Positions 24,888 to 35,326 are shown, numbered from the stretch's first letter. The stretch: 64,000 nucleotides of DNA from a virus (IMGVR_UViG_3300010266_000007:2012-66011), one strand, 5' to 3'. The notes: a model not told the origin generated them from the sequence alone. Translations and numbers: made by a program.

Positions 24888-25919
24888 ATGCCCCGAAAAA
24901 CAAAGCAGAACGAAATCACAAGCCCTGAGCTTTTAAGTCAGGTCAACCCGGAAAACATCCGGCTAAAGCAGGACTTTATTGCCTACCTACAGTCTGTTCA
25001 GCGTAGCCCCAAAACAATTGCGGGCTATGCGAACGACCTTGATATTTTTTGGGTTTGGAATTTGCAGAACAATGGGAACAAGTTTTTTCCGAAAATCTCC
25101 AAGCGTGATTATGCCGCATATCAGCATTGGCTCATCAATGAGAATGGTAATTCTCCCGCTCGTGTGCGGCGCTTGAAGTCTGCGATTTCTTCCCTCTCCA
25201 ATTATGTGGAGAACATCTTGGATGATGAAGATGAGTTTAAGGGATTCCGTTCTACTGTAAGGAAGATAGAGAATCCCGCCATGCAGCAGGTGCGAAAGAA
25301 AACGGTGTGGAGCGATGAGGCGCTGGACAAGCTTCTTGATGACCTGCTCGCCTGCGGGCAAAACAAAAAGGCTTGTGCTGTTGCTCTTGCTATGTGCAGC
25401 GGGCGGCGCAAGGCAGAGCTTTGCCGGTTCAGGGTTGACGATTTCAAAGACGACAACCTTGTATGTGGCGGCGCATTGTACAAGACCAGTGAGCCGATTC
25501 AAACAAAAGGGTTTGGCCTTGGTAAGTACATCTACTGCTACACGCTGGCAAAAAAGTTCAAGCCGTATTTTGATGCTTGGATGCGTGAACGGACGGAACT
25601 TGGCGTTGAAAGCGAGTGGCTGTTTCCGGCTGGAACGACCAGTGAGCAAATGAGTGAGACAACACTCAACAGTTGGGCGAACACCTTTAGCAGAATGACC
25701 GGCGAAGATTTTTACTGGCACAGTCTGCGGCATTACTTCACAACGCATCTCTCCAAGCTTGGCTTACCGGACAACATCATTCAAGACATTGTCGGGTGGG
25801 AGTCTGCCGATATGGTGCGCGTTTATAAAGACCTGAGCGCAGAGGAACAGATTTCGCAGTACTTTGACGAGAATGGTGATATTCGGTCTGACGCACAGAA
25901 GTCACTGTCAGACCTGTAA
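24888..25919 (+). CDS. Tyrosine recombinase (XerC/D-like)
   Basis: SAM-like N-domain, SGRRKAEL (Arg), KTKG, HSLRH, GWES...VRVY (Tyr); ATG 24888 after GAGGT. Confidence 0.92.
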   Translation: MPRKTKQNEITSPELLSQVNPENIRLKQDFIAYLQSVQRSPKTIAGYANDLDIFWVWNLQNNGNKFFPKISKRDYAAYQHWLINENGNSPARVRRLKSAISSLSNYVENILDDEDEFKGFRSTVRKIENPAMQQVRKKTVWSDEALDKLLDDLLACGQNKKACAVALAMCSGRRKAELCRFRVDDFKDDNLVCGGALYKTSEPIQTKGFGLGKYIYCYTLAKKFKPYFDAWMRERTELGVESEWLFPAGTTSEQMSETTLNSWANTFSRMTGEDFYWHSLRHYFTTHLSKLGLPDNIIQDIVGWESADMVRVYKDLSAEEQISQYFDENGDIRSDAQKSLSDL

Positions 25920-25936
25920 CGGAAAGGAAGGCAAGG

Positions 25937-26248
25937 ATGGATATTAAAAGGGTCGATTTAATTCAGCAGCTTGTGGACAGACATGGCTATACCAAGAAAG
26001 CCGCCACAAGCATTGTTGATGATTTTACCAATCTTATTTTGGAAAATCTCGAAGAAGGAAACACAATTTCGATTCGCAATTTTGGCTGCTTCGATATTTT
26101 GGAGCGCAAAGCTCGAAGCTGCCCCAACCCACAGACTGGCGAGAAGGTCGATGTGCCTGCACATTGGATTCCCCGCTTTTACCCCGGCAATAAAATGCGC
26201 ATGGCTGTTAAGCTGTGGGAGGGAAATCAAAAAAGGGGGCTGATGTAA
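25937..26248 (+). CDS. hup: HU/IHF-family DNA-binding protein
   Basis: ISIRNFGCF...RKARSCPNPQTGEKVDVPA...PRFYPG. Confidence 0.92.
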   Translation: MDIKRVDLIQQLVDRHGYTKKAATSIVDDFTNLILENLEEGNTISIRNFGCFDILERKARSCPNPQTGEKVDVPAHWIPRFYPGNKMRMAVKLWEGNQKRGLM

Positions 26249-27286
26249 ATGGCGGACGCCCCGAGACGCAGAAAGCTTGAAAAGACCACAGATGACTCAA
26301 TGGTGCTTCAGACCTCTCAGAAGTTTTACTGCTGCAGATGCGGCACATCATATAGCCGCAAGAAGGGATATTTTCCTGTCAGCCACAGCCTGATGTACCG
26401 TGGCTCTGGCTATCTTCCTATTTGCAATGACTGTGTAGAGGATATGTATGAACAGTACAGAGCCTCCCTCGGCGATGACAAAGAAGCCATGCGCCGGATG
26501 TGCATGAAGCTCGACCTGTATTGGAATGAAGATATCTACAATATGGTAGAGCGCACCGCGGGTGTCAATTCCCGTATTCGTAATTACATCGGGAAGACCA
26601 ATCTGATTCGATATATCGACAAAACCTTTGACGACACTATTGCAGAGGGCACGGCGATGGATTGCCAGCAGTCGAACATCGCCTTTCAAGAGCATCCACA
26701 GGCTTTGGATGAAAACGAAGAGATGCCTGTTGACCAAAAGCTTGTTGATTTCTGGGGTGCTGGCTTTACATCCGATTTCTATGTGGAGCTTGAGCGGCGC
26801 TATCAAGACTGGACAAACGGCGTTCCTGTTGCGGAGCCAAGCGAACGGTCTCTGTATAAACAGATTTGTATTTTGGAAGCGACAATCAGTCGTGACAGTG
26901 CGCAGGGGAAGGCGATTGATAAGAATGTCAATGCCCTCAACACACTACTTGGCAGTATGAATTTGAAGCCTGCGCAGAAAAAAGAGGGCGCAGATGCGGC
27001 GGTCGATGGGACGCCGTTTGGCGTGTGGATTCGGAAATGGGAAAATACGAAGCCTATTCCCGAACCAGACCCGGAGCTGAAGGATGTGGACGGAATTGTT
27101 CGCTACATCACGATTTGGTTCCTGGGGCATCTTTGCAAAATGCTTGGTATCAAGAATACATACTGCAAGCTATATGAAGATGAAATTGCCAAAATGCGTA
27201 TTGAGCGCCCCGAATACGAGGATGAAGACGACGAGACAATGTTCAACGACATCTTCAGCTCGGACAAAGCGAGTATGGCTGAATGA
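26249..27286 (+). CDS. Packaging-region protein, possible terminase small subunit
   Basis: Zn-binding CCRCG...CNDC; directly upstream of and overlapping terL. Confidence 0.55.
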   Translation: MADAPRRRKLEKTTDDSMVLQTSQKFYCCRCGTSYSRKKGYFPVSHSLMYRGSGYLPICNDCVEDMYEQYRASLGDDKEAMRRMCMKLDLYWNEDIYNMVERTAGVNSRIRNYIGKTNLIRYIDKTFDDTIAEGTAMDCQQSNIAFQEHPQALDENEEMPVDQKLVDFWGAGFTSDFYVELERRYQDWTNGVPVAEPSERSLYKQICILEATISRDSAQGKAIDKNVNALNTLLGSMNLKPAQKKEGADAAVDGTPFGVWIRKWENTKPIPEPDPELKDVDGIVRYITIWFLGHLCKMLGIKNTYCKLYEDEIAKMRIERPEYEDEDDETMFNDIFSSDKASMAE

Positions 27287-29004
27287 CGCGGCAAGAGCGC
27301 ATTATGAGCGGCGCCGCCGTATGGTGCGCCTATTATCGAGCGAACCCCCATCGGTTTGCAAAGGACTACCTGCATCTGGATTTGCATCTTTTTCAGAAGA
27401 TATTGCTGGTGATGATGAATGTCTCCACAACATTTGTTTTTATCGCAAGTCGAGGTCTGGGTAAAACATTCCTATCGGCAATCTTTTGCTGTATCCGTTG
27501 TATTTTGTACCCCGGTACAAAGATATGTATTGCCTCCGGTACGCGGGGTCAGAGTATCAATGTGCTTGAAAAGATACAAACGGAATTGCGGCCATGCTCA
27601 CCGGAGTTGTGTAATGAGATTGACGATAAACAGACCAAGATAAATGCAACCAATGCACAGATTGTTTTTAAGAACGGTTCGTTTATTAAGGTCGTTACCG
27701 CCAGCGATAATGCCCGAGGTAATCGTGCCAACATTTTGCTGATTGATGAGTATCGCATGGTGTCCAAGGATATTATCGATACGATTCTCCGTAAGTTCCT
27801 GACGAATCCGAGACTTCCCGGATACCTGAACAATCCTGCCTATAAGCATTTGGCGGAGCGAAATAAAACGCTGTATCTTTCTTCCGCTTATTTCAAAGAC
27901 CACTGGTCTTATACCAAAGCCGAGGATAACTGCCGATTCATGCTGGACGATAAGCGAAAGGACTTCGTGTGTGGATTCCCGTATCAGCTGGCAATTCAAG
28001 AGGGGCTGCTGTTCAAAGAGGATGTGGCAGACCAGATGGCAGAGTCTGACTTCAGCGAAGTGAAATGGAGCATGGAGATGGATGCCCTTTGGTTTGGTGA
28101 CACCGACGGTTCGTTCTTTGAGTTCAACTCCATCTCGAAGAACAGGCGCATTAAATACCCCATGCTGCCAGAGCGGGTTTCGATTCTTCTTGGCAACAAC
28201 AAAATCAAAATCCAACCCAAGCAGCTTGGTGAAAAGCGAATCTTATCTGCGGATATTGCGTTGATGTCCAGTAAGAAGCATAACAACGATGCAACGGCTG
28301 TGTTCATCAATCAGATGCTTCCGACCAAATCGGGGAGATACACAAGCAATATCATTTATGGCGACTCTTCAGAGGGACTTCATACAGAAGACCAAGCGTT
28401 GGTCATTCGCAAACTTTACGACGAGTTTGACTGCGACTATATTGTGCTGGACTGCACCGGGCTTGGCCTGGGCGTATATGACGCTCTGGTTCGAGATATG
28501 GTTGACCCGGAAAGCGGCGAAATCTACCCCGCACTATCCTGCTGCAATAATCAGGAGATGGCAGACAGATGCACAGTAAAGGGCGCGGACAAAGTAATTT
28601 GGGCAATCAAGGGCAACCCTGCGCTGAACTCCGAATGTGCGGTGCTGCTGCGTGAGGGGTTCAGAAGCGGCAAGATACGCCTTCTCGTTACAGAGTATGA
28701 GGCGGAAAACATCCTGTCTGAAATCAGGGGATATGCCAGCCTTTCACCGGCAGAGAAGGTCAGGCTGCAGATGCCATACATCCACACGACGCTATTGGTT
28801 GATGAGTTGGTCAAGCTACAGCATGACGAGTCCGGTGGACGGGTAAAGATTTTTGAACGAGCTGGTATGCGGAAAGACCGCTATTCCAGTCTTAGTTATA
28901 ACTACTATGTGGCGGCACAGCTTGAGAGCAAGCTTATCCGCACAAAGGCGGCAGAGTTTAACTCCAGTGATTTCTTCATGTTTAAGCCGCCCAAAATAAA
29001 ATAG
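27283..29004 (+). CDS. terL: Terminase large subunit
   Basis: Walker A ASRGLGKTF, Walker B LLIDEYR, nuclease ILSADIA...IVLDCTGLG...KDRYS. Confidence 0.92.
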   Translation: MTRQERIMSGAAVWCAYYRANPHRFAKDYLHLDLHLFQKILLVMMNVSTTFVFIASRGLGKTFLSAIFCCIRCILYPGTKICIASGTRGQSINVLEKIQTELRPCSPELCNEIDDKQTKINATNAQIVFKNGSFIKVVTASDNARGNRANILLIDEYRMVSKDIIDTILRKFLTNPRLPGYLNNPAYKHLAERNKTLYLSSAYFKDHWSYTKAEDNCRFMLDDKRKDFVCGFPYQLAIQEGLLFKEDVADQMAESDFSEVKWSMEMDALWFGDTDGSFFEFNSISKNRRIKYPMLPERVSILLGNNKIKIQPKQLGEKRILSADIALMSSKKHNNDATAVFINQMLPTKSGRYTSNIIYGDSSEGLHTEDQALVIRKLYDEFDCDYIVLDCTGLGLGVYDALVRDMVDPESGEIYPALSCCNNQEMADRCTVKGADKVIWAIKGNPALNSECAVLLREGFRSGKIRLLVTEYEAENILSEIRGYASLSPAEKVRLQMPYIHTTLLVDELVKLQHDESGGRVKIFERAGMRKDRYSSLSYNYYVAAQLESKLIRTKAAEFNSSDFFMFKPPKIK

Positions 29005-29022
29005 AAAGGTGGTGATACCTGA

Positions 29023-30510
29023 GTGAGCAATTCTGAAAATGGCAAGTCTACCAACATGGAGGGCATGATTGGTATCTCCAAAAAGTTCGCCCTGCTCAAT
29101 CACTTGATTACAAGGGATTTGAACAATAACACCAATGCACCCACATTTTCTCTATACAAGAAAGATGACATTGCTACATACCTGACCGACCCGTACCGAT
29201 ACGAGAAGCAACTTCGTAAGGCGGTTACTTATATCTACGGGGCAAGCTCTCACTTCCGCAGGCTCATCCAGTACTTCACTGGCCTTTCCGATTTTGCATA
29301 TGTCGTCTCTCCTTACCACATTGACCCCAAGACCGTCAACATGAAATCGGTCAACCGCAATTACAGAAAGGTTTTGAATACCATGTCTGCAATGAATGTA
29401 CGGTCGCAGTTTCCTAAGATATTGACGGTATGTCTGCGTGAGGACACTTTTTATGGGACGCTGTGGGTCACGAGCGACAGCATTACCATTCAGCAGCTTC
29501 CGGCTGATTACTGCGCCATCTCGACCATTGAGGGAAATGTGCTGAATGTGACATTCGACTTCTCCTATTTTGATGGTCATTCGCAGTATCTGGAGTTTTA
29601 TCCGACAGAGTTCCAGACCAAGTACAAAGTCTATCAAAAGAATAGACAGCGGAAGTGGCAGGAGTTGGACTCCCCGACCTCTTTCGCTATCAAGTGCAAC
29701 AATGACATTCTGGATTATGCCATTCCCCCGTTTGCAGGCATTTTACGAGAGGTGTACGACCTCGAAGATTACAAGCAGCTAAAGCTCACTAAGACCACTC
29801 TTGAGAACTATGCAATGCTTGTTATGACGCTTGGCATCAACGAGGATGGCGAATGGCAGATGGACTTGGACAAAGCCAAAGAGTTTTGGCGCAATCTGGA
29901 TTCCGTACTGCCGGAGGAAATTGGCAGTGTTCTCTCTCCCATGCCTATCAACAAGATAAGCTTTGAGAAATCCAATACCGGCGATACAAACACTATCTCT
30001 GATGCAGAACAGAATCTCTTTACAGCGGCTGGCGTGTCTTCGCTTCTGTTCAACAATGATAAGGCATCCGCAAATGCGCTGCTTCTTTCTATCAAAGCAG
30101 ACCAGGCGGTAACTTTTGGTATTGTAAAAAGCATTGAGGATATGGTCAATCGTTTCATCCAGTATCAGGGGTATGGAAAGAATTTCAAAATCACATTCCT
30201 TGATTGCAGCCCTTTCAACAGAAAAGAATTGGGAGATATGTACCTCAAAGCGTGTCAATACGGACTCCCCTTCATCTCCATGTACGCAGCATCACAGGGG
30301 TTGTCTCAGAGTGAAGTTGATTGTATGAGCTTCCTTGAAAACGATGTACTTGGTCTTGCCGAACGGTTTAAGCCGTTGCAGAGTTCTTCTACTCAGAGTT
30401 CTTCTGTAAGCACTGCCGCAACTGATGAGGGCGGTGCTCCACAGAAGGATACGGGAGACCTGACCGACTCCGGAGAGCAGTCAAGAGAAGACTCTGACGA
30501 CTGGGGATAA
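29023..30510 (+). CDS. Portal protein
   Basis: 495 aa directly after terL, acidic tail. Confidence 0.8.
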   Translation: MSNSENGKSTNMEGMIGISKKFALLNHLITRDLNNNTNAPTFSLYKKDDIATYLTDPYRYEKQLRKAVTYIYGASSHFRRLIQYFTGLSDFAYVVSPYHIDPKTVNMKSVNRNYRKVLNTMSAMNVRSQFPKILTVCLREDTFYGTLWVTSDSITIQQLPADYCAISTIEGNVLNVTFDFSYFDGHSQYLEFYPTEFQTKYKVYQKNRQRKWQELDSPTSFAIKCNNDILDYAIPPFAGILREVYDLEDYKQLKLTKTTLENYAMLVMTLGINEDGEWQMDLDKAKEFWRNLDSVLPEEIGSVLSPMPINKISFEKSNTGDTNTISDAEQNLFTAAGVSSLLFNNDKASANALLLSIKADQAVTFGIVKSIEDMVNRFIQYQGYGKNFKITFLDCSPFNRKELGDMYLKACQYGLPFISMYAASQGLSQSEVDCMSFLENDVLGLAERFKPLQSSSTQSSSVSTAATDEGGAPQKDTGDLTDSGEQSREDSDDWG

Positions 30511-30518
30511 TCGGAGGT

Positions 30519-30701
30519 ATGTATATGGAGAATTTCATTTATGTGTTTGACGAGGATACTCGTGACCAGCTGATGTCCAGAGGATGTGAAATGCTGGGGC
30601 AAAATGCCGAGAAGCATATCTTCGTGTTTTTGAATACGGGTAATCTGAATTTTGAAGATGAGGACATTCGATATGTGCTGTCAGACACGCTGACATTCTA
30701 A
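30519..30701 (+). CDS. Small hypothetical protein
   Basis: 60 aa, RBS GGAGG. Confidence 0.6.
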   Translation: MYMENFIYVFDEDTRDQLMSRGCEMLGQNAEKHIFVFLNTGNLNFEDEDIRYVLSDTLTF

Positions 30702-30702
30702 C

Positions 30703-30733
30703 CCACGCTTTGCGCAAGCGTGGATTTTATTTT
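30703..30733 (+). terminator. Rho-independent terminator
   Basis: CCACGCTT-tgcgc-AAGCGTGG followed by ATTTTATTTT. Confidence 0.65.
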
Positions 30734-30756
30734 AGCCAAAGGTGGTGAACTGTGAT

Positions 30757-32298
30757 ATGGGCGAGAGAAACATGAGTATCGTGTTCTCCTCCGGGGTACG
30801 CAATCTTGTTGAACGCAATTCGTCTTTTGACAGCGGCGTTCTCCGTGTAGCATACACCGGGAAAAACCGCAATAACAGCTTCATCAGCAAGGAAACCTTT
30901 GAACGATGTATGCCGAGTATCTATAACTGTCCAATTGTGTGCAACTATGACAGAGAGTCAGATACTATCGGGTCACATGATATGGAGCTTGTCTCTGACG
31001 ATAAAGGAATGCGGATTGTAAATATCACGCAGCCGGTGGGTGTGATTCCTGAGAGCGCAAAGTATTGGTGGGAGGAAATTGAAGATGACTCCGGCCTGCA
31101 TGAATACCTCTGTGTGGACGCACTTATCTGGAAGCGTCAGGAAGCATACCGCAAAATCAAAGATGATGGCATCACGGATGAGTCTATGGAGATTACCGTG
31201 AAAGAGGGCGGAATGGTCGATGGCGTATATGTTATTGACCGATTTGAATTTACTGCCTTTTGCCTCTTGGGCACGGCAAAACCGTGCTATGAATCAGCAT
31301 CGTTGGAGATGTTCTCATGTGATGATTTCAAACAGCAGCTTGCAATGATGATGCGAGAATTTAAGGATTCGTTTACTACAGCACAACCCTCGCAAGAGGT
31401 TGGCATACACCCACAAAATTATTCGGAAGGAGGAGAAGAGGTATTGGAACAGAAAGTTGCACTGATGGCAGAATTCGGCCTGACTGCCGATATGCTTGAC
31501 TTCAACATTGAGGAGTTTTCCGTGGAAGAGCTTCGCGCTAAGTTTGAAGAGTTAAAACCCGCCACCGTTACTCCCGCAGCAGAGCCTGAGAAGGGCGCTG
31601 AAAACTTTGCTCTGGAAAGCCAGTTCCGGCAGGAGCTGTTTGGCGCTCTGGAAGCAGAAAAGGTTGAGACCTGCTGGGGCATGGATTCTCATTATTGGTT
31701 CTGGGACTATGACCGGGATGCGTCCGAAGTGTACGCAACCGATGTTACGGACTGGAATCTTTATGGTTTCCCCTACTCAATGGATGGCGACCATGTGGTC
31801 ATCGATTTTGCCGGTAAGAAACGCATGAAGCTTGCACTTGTCCCGTTTGACGAGGGCGGTCAGGCTGACCCCATCAGCGGTATGTTTGCAAAGGTTGCCG
31901 AGAAGTACACTGCAAATGATGCCCAGTGGGCGGAGAAGTACCAGACCGCCTCCGACACGATTTCGTCTATGGAGAACGAGCTTGGCACTTTGCGCCAGTT
32001 TAAGACAGACACCGAAAACGCCATTGCCAAGGGCGAGCGGGATGAAGTCTTCGCTCAGTTTGAAGACTTGGTCGGCGTCGAGGCATTTGAAAATCTGCGT
32101 GAGCACTGCATGGACTATACGGCTGAGGCTTTGGAGGAGAAGTGCTATGCAATCCGTGGCAGAAATGGCACGACCGCAAAGTTCTCTTACGAACCCAAAG
32201 CCCCCAAGCTGCCCATTCAGCGGGCAGAGCCGACGCAGGAGCCTTATGGCGGTGCGTTTGCTGAGTATGGCTTTTCCAAGCCCAATCAGCACAATTAA
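30757..32298 (+). CDS. Prohead protease/scaffold fusion
   Basis: N-terminal protease-like region (NRNNSFISKE, HDME, ESMEI) followed by an acidic coiled-coil; lies between portal and capsid. Confidence 0.75.
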   Translation: MGERNMSIVFSSGVRNLVERNSSFDSGVLRVAYTGKNRNNSFISKETFERCMPSIYNCPIVCNYDRESDTIGSHDMELVSDDKGMRIVNITQPVGVIPESAKYWWEEIEDDSGLHEYLCVDALIWKRQEAYRKIKDDGITDESMEITVKEGGMVDGVYVIDRFEFTAFCLLGTAKPCYESASLEMFSCDDFKQQLAMMMREFKDSFTTAQPSQEVGIHPQNYSEGGEEVLEQKVALMAEFGLTADMLDFNIEEFSVEELRAKFEELKPATVTPAAEPEKGAENFALESQFRQELFGALEAEKVETCWGMDSHYWFWDYDRDASEVYATDVTDWNLYGFPYSMDGDHVVIDFAGKKRMKLALVPFDEGGQADPISGMFAKVAEKYTANDAQWAEKYQTASDTISSMENELGTLRQFKTDTENAIAKGERDEVFAQFEDLVGVEAFENLREHCMDYTAEALEEKCYAIRGRNGTTAKFSYEPKAPKLPIQRAEPTQEPYGGAFAEYGFSKPNQHN

Positions 32299-32309
32299 AT
32301 AAATTACAA
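32282..32309 (+). promoter_or_regulatory. AT-rich motif, degenerate copy C
   Basis: 21/28 identical to 19222-19249, immediately before RBS GGAGG of 32323. Confidence 0.3.
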
Positions 32310-32322
32310 GGAGGAGTCGATT

Positions 32323-32853
32323 ATGGCTTATACAGTTATCCGTACCGATTTGATGAGCGGTACCAAACAGCCTGCTGACCTTGTTTCTCTGCGCTTTTAT
32401 GATGCAAACGGCAAGCAGGCCGAGGTGGAAAACGGCGTCATCGTCAAGCTTCAGGGCTATGAAGACGGTGAGCGTGAGGTGATGAAGGCTGTCGCCGCAA
32501 CTGCGTCCGATGACCTGAACGAGTGCGCTATCGTTGCTGGTGTTGAGGTCATGTATGACGAGCGCAAGAAGAACCTCGACGAGTACATCAACGAGGCTGG
32601 CAAGGCTGTGCGTGGTTACATTCCCCGCAGCCGCAACATTTTCTCTGTGACCAAAGAGGGCTTTGTCGGTGGTACCGTCCCCACCAAGGGTGCCGAGGTC
32701 GGCATTGGCACCGGCGGTAAGATTGACGCTGCTGGCACCGGCCTTGGCGTTTGCGTTGATGTCGAGGTTGCCGGTCGTTACACCTATTATGCCATTAAGC
32801 TGGGTAAGACTGAGGCCACTGCTGCCGCAGCCAATCCCGGTTCCGGCGACTAA
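32323..32853 (+). CDS. Capsid-associated (decoration-like) protein
   Basis: 176 aa between scaffold and major capsid gene; strong RBS. Confidence 0.6.
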   Translation: MAYTVIRTDLMSGTKQPADLVSLRFYDANGKQAEVENGVIVKLQGYEDGEREVMKAVAATASDDLNECAIVAGVEVMYDERKKNLDEYINEAGKAVRGYIPRSRNIFSVTKEGFVGGTVPTKGAEVGIGTGGKIDAAGTGLGVCVDVEVAGRYTYYAIKLGKTEATAAAANPGSGD

Positions 32854-32873
32854 TTTGAGAGGAGGACTTAACT

Positions 32874-33887
32874 ATGGCTGAAATGAAAGATATCGTCAAG
32901 ATTGCCGTTGATGCCTATCACGGTAATGTTGAGCAGTATTCCGTCGGTCAGTCTATGGAGCTTTTGCAGAAGGCTCTGATTGAGGCCAACGGCGGCAGCA
33001 CAACTTTGAACTATAAAAACATCCGTGACGGTAAGTGCAGTGGTCTGTTTACTCTGATTGAGGAAGTTCTCAGCCGCACCGTCGTGGAAGGCCTGCAGGG
33101 CGATGAGTATTTCAATGCGCTGGTTGACTTCCGCAATGTTGCCGAGGGTGACAAGAACCTCTTTGAGGTGGAGGACAGCAACCTGTTCATCGTGTCCGAG
33201 GCCGCAGACGGTACTCAGGGTATCCGTCGTCAGCGTCTTGGCGGCTACAGCGAAGTGTCTATTCCCACTTCTCTGAAGGTCGTGAAGATTTACGAGGAAC
33301 TCAACCGCGTGCTTTCCGGTCGTGTTGACTTCAACCACTTCATTAACAAGGTGGCCGAGTCCTTCCGCCAGAAGCTGCTTAATGATGTGTATGCCCTGTG
33401 GAGCAATGCATCTGCGCAGGACTTTGGCGGCGTGACCTATTTCCCCGCTGCCGGTGCTTACGATGAGGACGAGCTGCTCGACCTGATTGCTCATGTCGAG
33501 GCCGCCGCCGGTGGCAAGGCTGCAACCATCATCGGCACTAAGAAGGCCATCCGTAACCTGGATGTCACTCCTATGGGCGACAAGGCTAAGGAAGACCTGT
33601 ACAATATGGGCTACGCCGGTAAGTTCTACGGCACCCCCGTTGTGGTGGCTCCCCAGCGTCATAAGGTCGGCTCTACCGACTTTGTGCTGGCAGACGATAT
33701 GCTGACTATCATTGCCGGTGATGACAAGCCCATCAAATGCGTGTACGAAGGCGACCCCATTGTTATCATGGGTGAACCCACCGCCAATGGTGACCTGACT
33801 CAGGAATATCTGTATGGCGAGAAGTACGGCATGGGCATCGTCCTTGCTGGCGGCAACGCTGGTATTGGCCGTTACGAAATTGCCTAA
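32874..33887 (+). CDS. Major capsid protein
   Basis: 337 aa, highly biased codons, position after protease, followed by terminator. Confidence 0.82.
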   Translation: MAEMKDIVKIAVDAYHGNVEQYSVGQSMELLQKALIEANGGSTTLNYKNIRDGKCSGLFTLIEEVLSRTVVEGLQGDEYFNALVDFRNVAEGDKNLFEVEDSNLFIVSEAADGTQGIRRQRLGGYSEVSIPTSLKVVKIYEELNRVLSGRVDFNHFINKVAESFRQKLLNDVYALWSNASAQDFGGVTYFPAAGAYDEDELLDLIAHVEAAAGGKAATIIGTKKAIRNLDVTPMGDKAKEDLYNMGYAGKFYGTPVVVAPQRHKVGSTDFVLADDMLTIIAGDDKPIKCVYEGDPIVIMGEPTANGDLTQEYLYGEKYGMGIVLAGGNAGIGRYEIA

Positions 33888-33909
33888 CGGATAAACAGCA
33901 GACAGAAAA

Positions 33910-33937
33910 GCGGGGCTCCTTGTGAGCCCCGCATTAT
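33910..33937 (+). terminator. Stem-loop after capsid gene
   Basis: GCGGGGCTC-cttgt-GAGCCCCGC. Confidence 0.6.
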
Positions 33938-33955
33938 GTATGAAAGGGAGATGTT

Positions 33956-34519
33956 ATGTCTAACGAAACCGTAACCAAGCCCAGAACGCGCCGCAGTTCG
34001 ATGGAGGGCACAAATGCTGTTGCAGAGCGGCCTGCTGCGGAAGTCTCTGAGGCTACAAAAAAGCCTGTAGTGCCGAAGGAGATTGACCCCAATCAGATTA
34101 TCACTGTTCGCAATGGTTTTCAGGGGCGTCTTGTTTATAAGAGCAAGCGCACCGGTGAGCGTTGGAGCTGGGAGTCTTTTGGCGCAGAGCAGGATATGGA
34201 GTTGAGCGAATTAAAAAACGCAAGGAACTCCAACAAGAAGTATTTCATCAACAACTGGTTCATGTTTGACGAGGACTGGGTTATCGACTATCTCGGCATG
34301 AGACAGTACTATAAGAACTCCTTGAATATTCAGGACTTTGACCAGCTGTTCAAGAAGCCCGTTGGCGAGATTGAGGATATTATTTCCAAGCTCTCAGAGG
34401 GGCAGCGCAAGTCTGTGGCGTATCGCGCCAAGCAGCTTATCGCAGAAGAGGAAATCGATTCAAACAAGGTGATTAACACATTGGAGAAATGTCTTGGTGT
34501 TGAGCTGGTGGAACGATAA
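33956..34519 (+). CDS. Head-associated hypothetical protein
   Basis: 187 aa after MCP. Confidence 0.7.
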   Translation: MSNETVTKPRTRRSSMEGTNAVAERPAAEVSEATKKPVVPKEIDPNQIITVRNGFQGRLVYKSKRTGERWSWESFGAEQDMELSELKNARNSNKKYFINNWFMFDEDWVIDYLGMRQYYKNSLNIQDFDQLFKKPVGEIEDIISKLSEGQRKSVAYRAKQLIAEEEIDSNKVINTLEKCLGVELVER

Positions 34520-34535
34520 AGGAGCGTGACAGTGA

Positions 34536-34985
34536 ATGAGTATTTCTTATGATGTGTTCACGGGTGCGTTCCTTTCCAAAGTGTCAGAATTCGATTTTGT
34601 CAATATGCGTGTATTTGAGCGCAACTCTTTGATTGACGGTTACATGAAACGAGCCATTGCAGCTTTCAGAAAGATTTGTAAGTACGACCTTTCGACCACC
34701 GGCGATGATGTCATTCGTGAGTTTGATGTCGATATTGCCGACGGAGATTTGGACGAGCTGGCAGACATTATTTCCGAAGGTATGCTGGTACAGTGGATGA
34801 AACCTTTTACATACAGGCAGGAAAGTCTTGAAAGCGTTTTGAACACAAGAGACTTTACCACCTATTCCCCCGCTGAGCTGTTGATGCGGATTGGAAACGC
34901 ATATAAAGCGGCTCAAAAGGATTTTACGAATATGATGAGGGAGTATTCGTATAATCACGGGGATTTAACGGACTTACATATATGA
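34536..34985 (+). CDS. Putative head-tail adaptor
   Basis: 149 aa; position in neck region. Confidence 0.55.
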   Translation: MSISYDVFTGAFLSKVSEFDFVNMRVFERNSLIDGYMKRAIAAFRKICKYDLSTTGDDVIREFDVDIADGDLDELADIISEGMLVQWMKPFTYRQESLESVLNTRDFTTYSPAELLMRIGNAYKAAQKDFTNMMREYSYNHGDLTDLHI

Positions 34986-35326
34986 TGATTCAGACCACGG
35001 TGGGCGTGCCGATGGATGCCGCTATGCTGAATAACTATTTCCGCACCCTCGTAAATCTTTTCTTTAAGATTCTTCCTATTAAGGAAAGCGGAGAGAGTTC
35101 ATTGGAAGTTTATATGAGAAGTCTCCAGGCGGAACTGCTTGGGTGCAAGGAGCTCATTGAAGCAATCCACGATGACCCGCTTCTTCTGTCATTGATTGCG
35201 ATTCTGCAATACCTGATTGATACGCCAGAATGCGAAGTAAGCGTTGTAAAGCGAGAGGTGTTTCGTGCCATTTCGATTTGCAATAAGCTGAAAGCGAGGT
35301 ATGCCGTACAGCAGGAGGTGTCGTAA
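34982..35326 (+). CDS. Hypothetical neck-region protein
   Basis: 114 aa, coupled. Confidence 0.6.
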   Translation: MMIQTTVGVPMDAAMLNNYFRTLVNLFFKILPIKESGESSLEVYMRSLQAELLGCKELIEAIHDDPLLLSLIAILQYLIDTPECEVSVVKREVFRAISICNKLKARYAVQQEVS

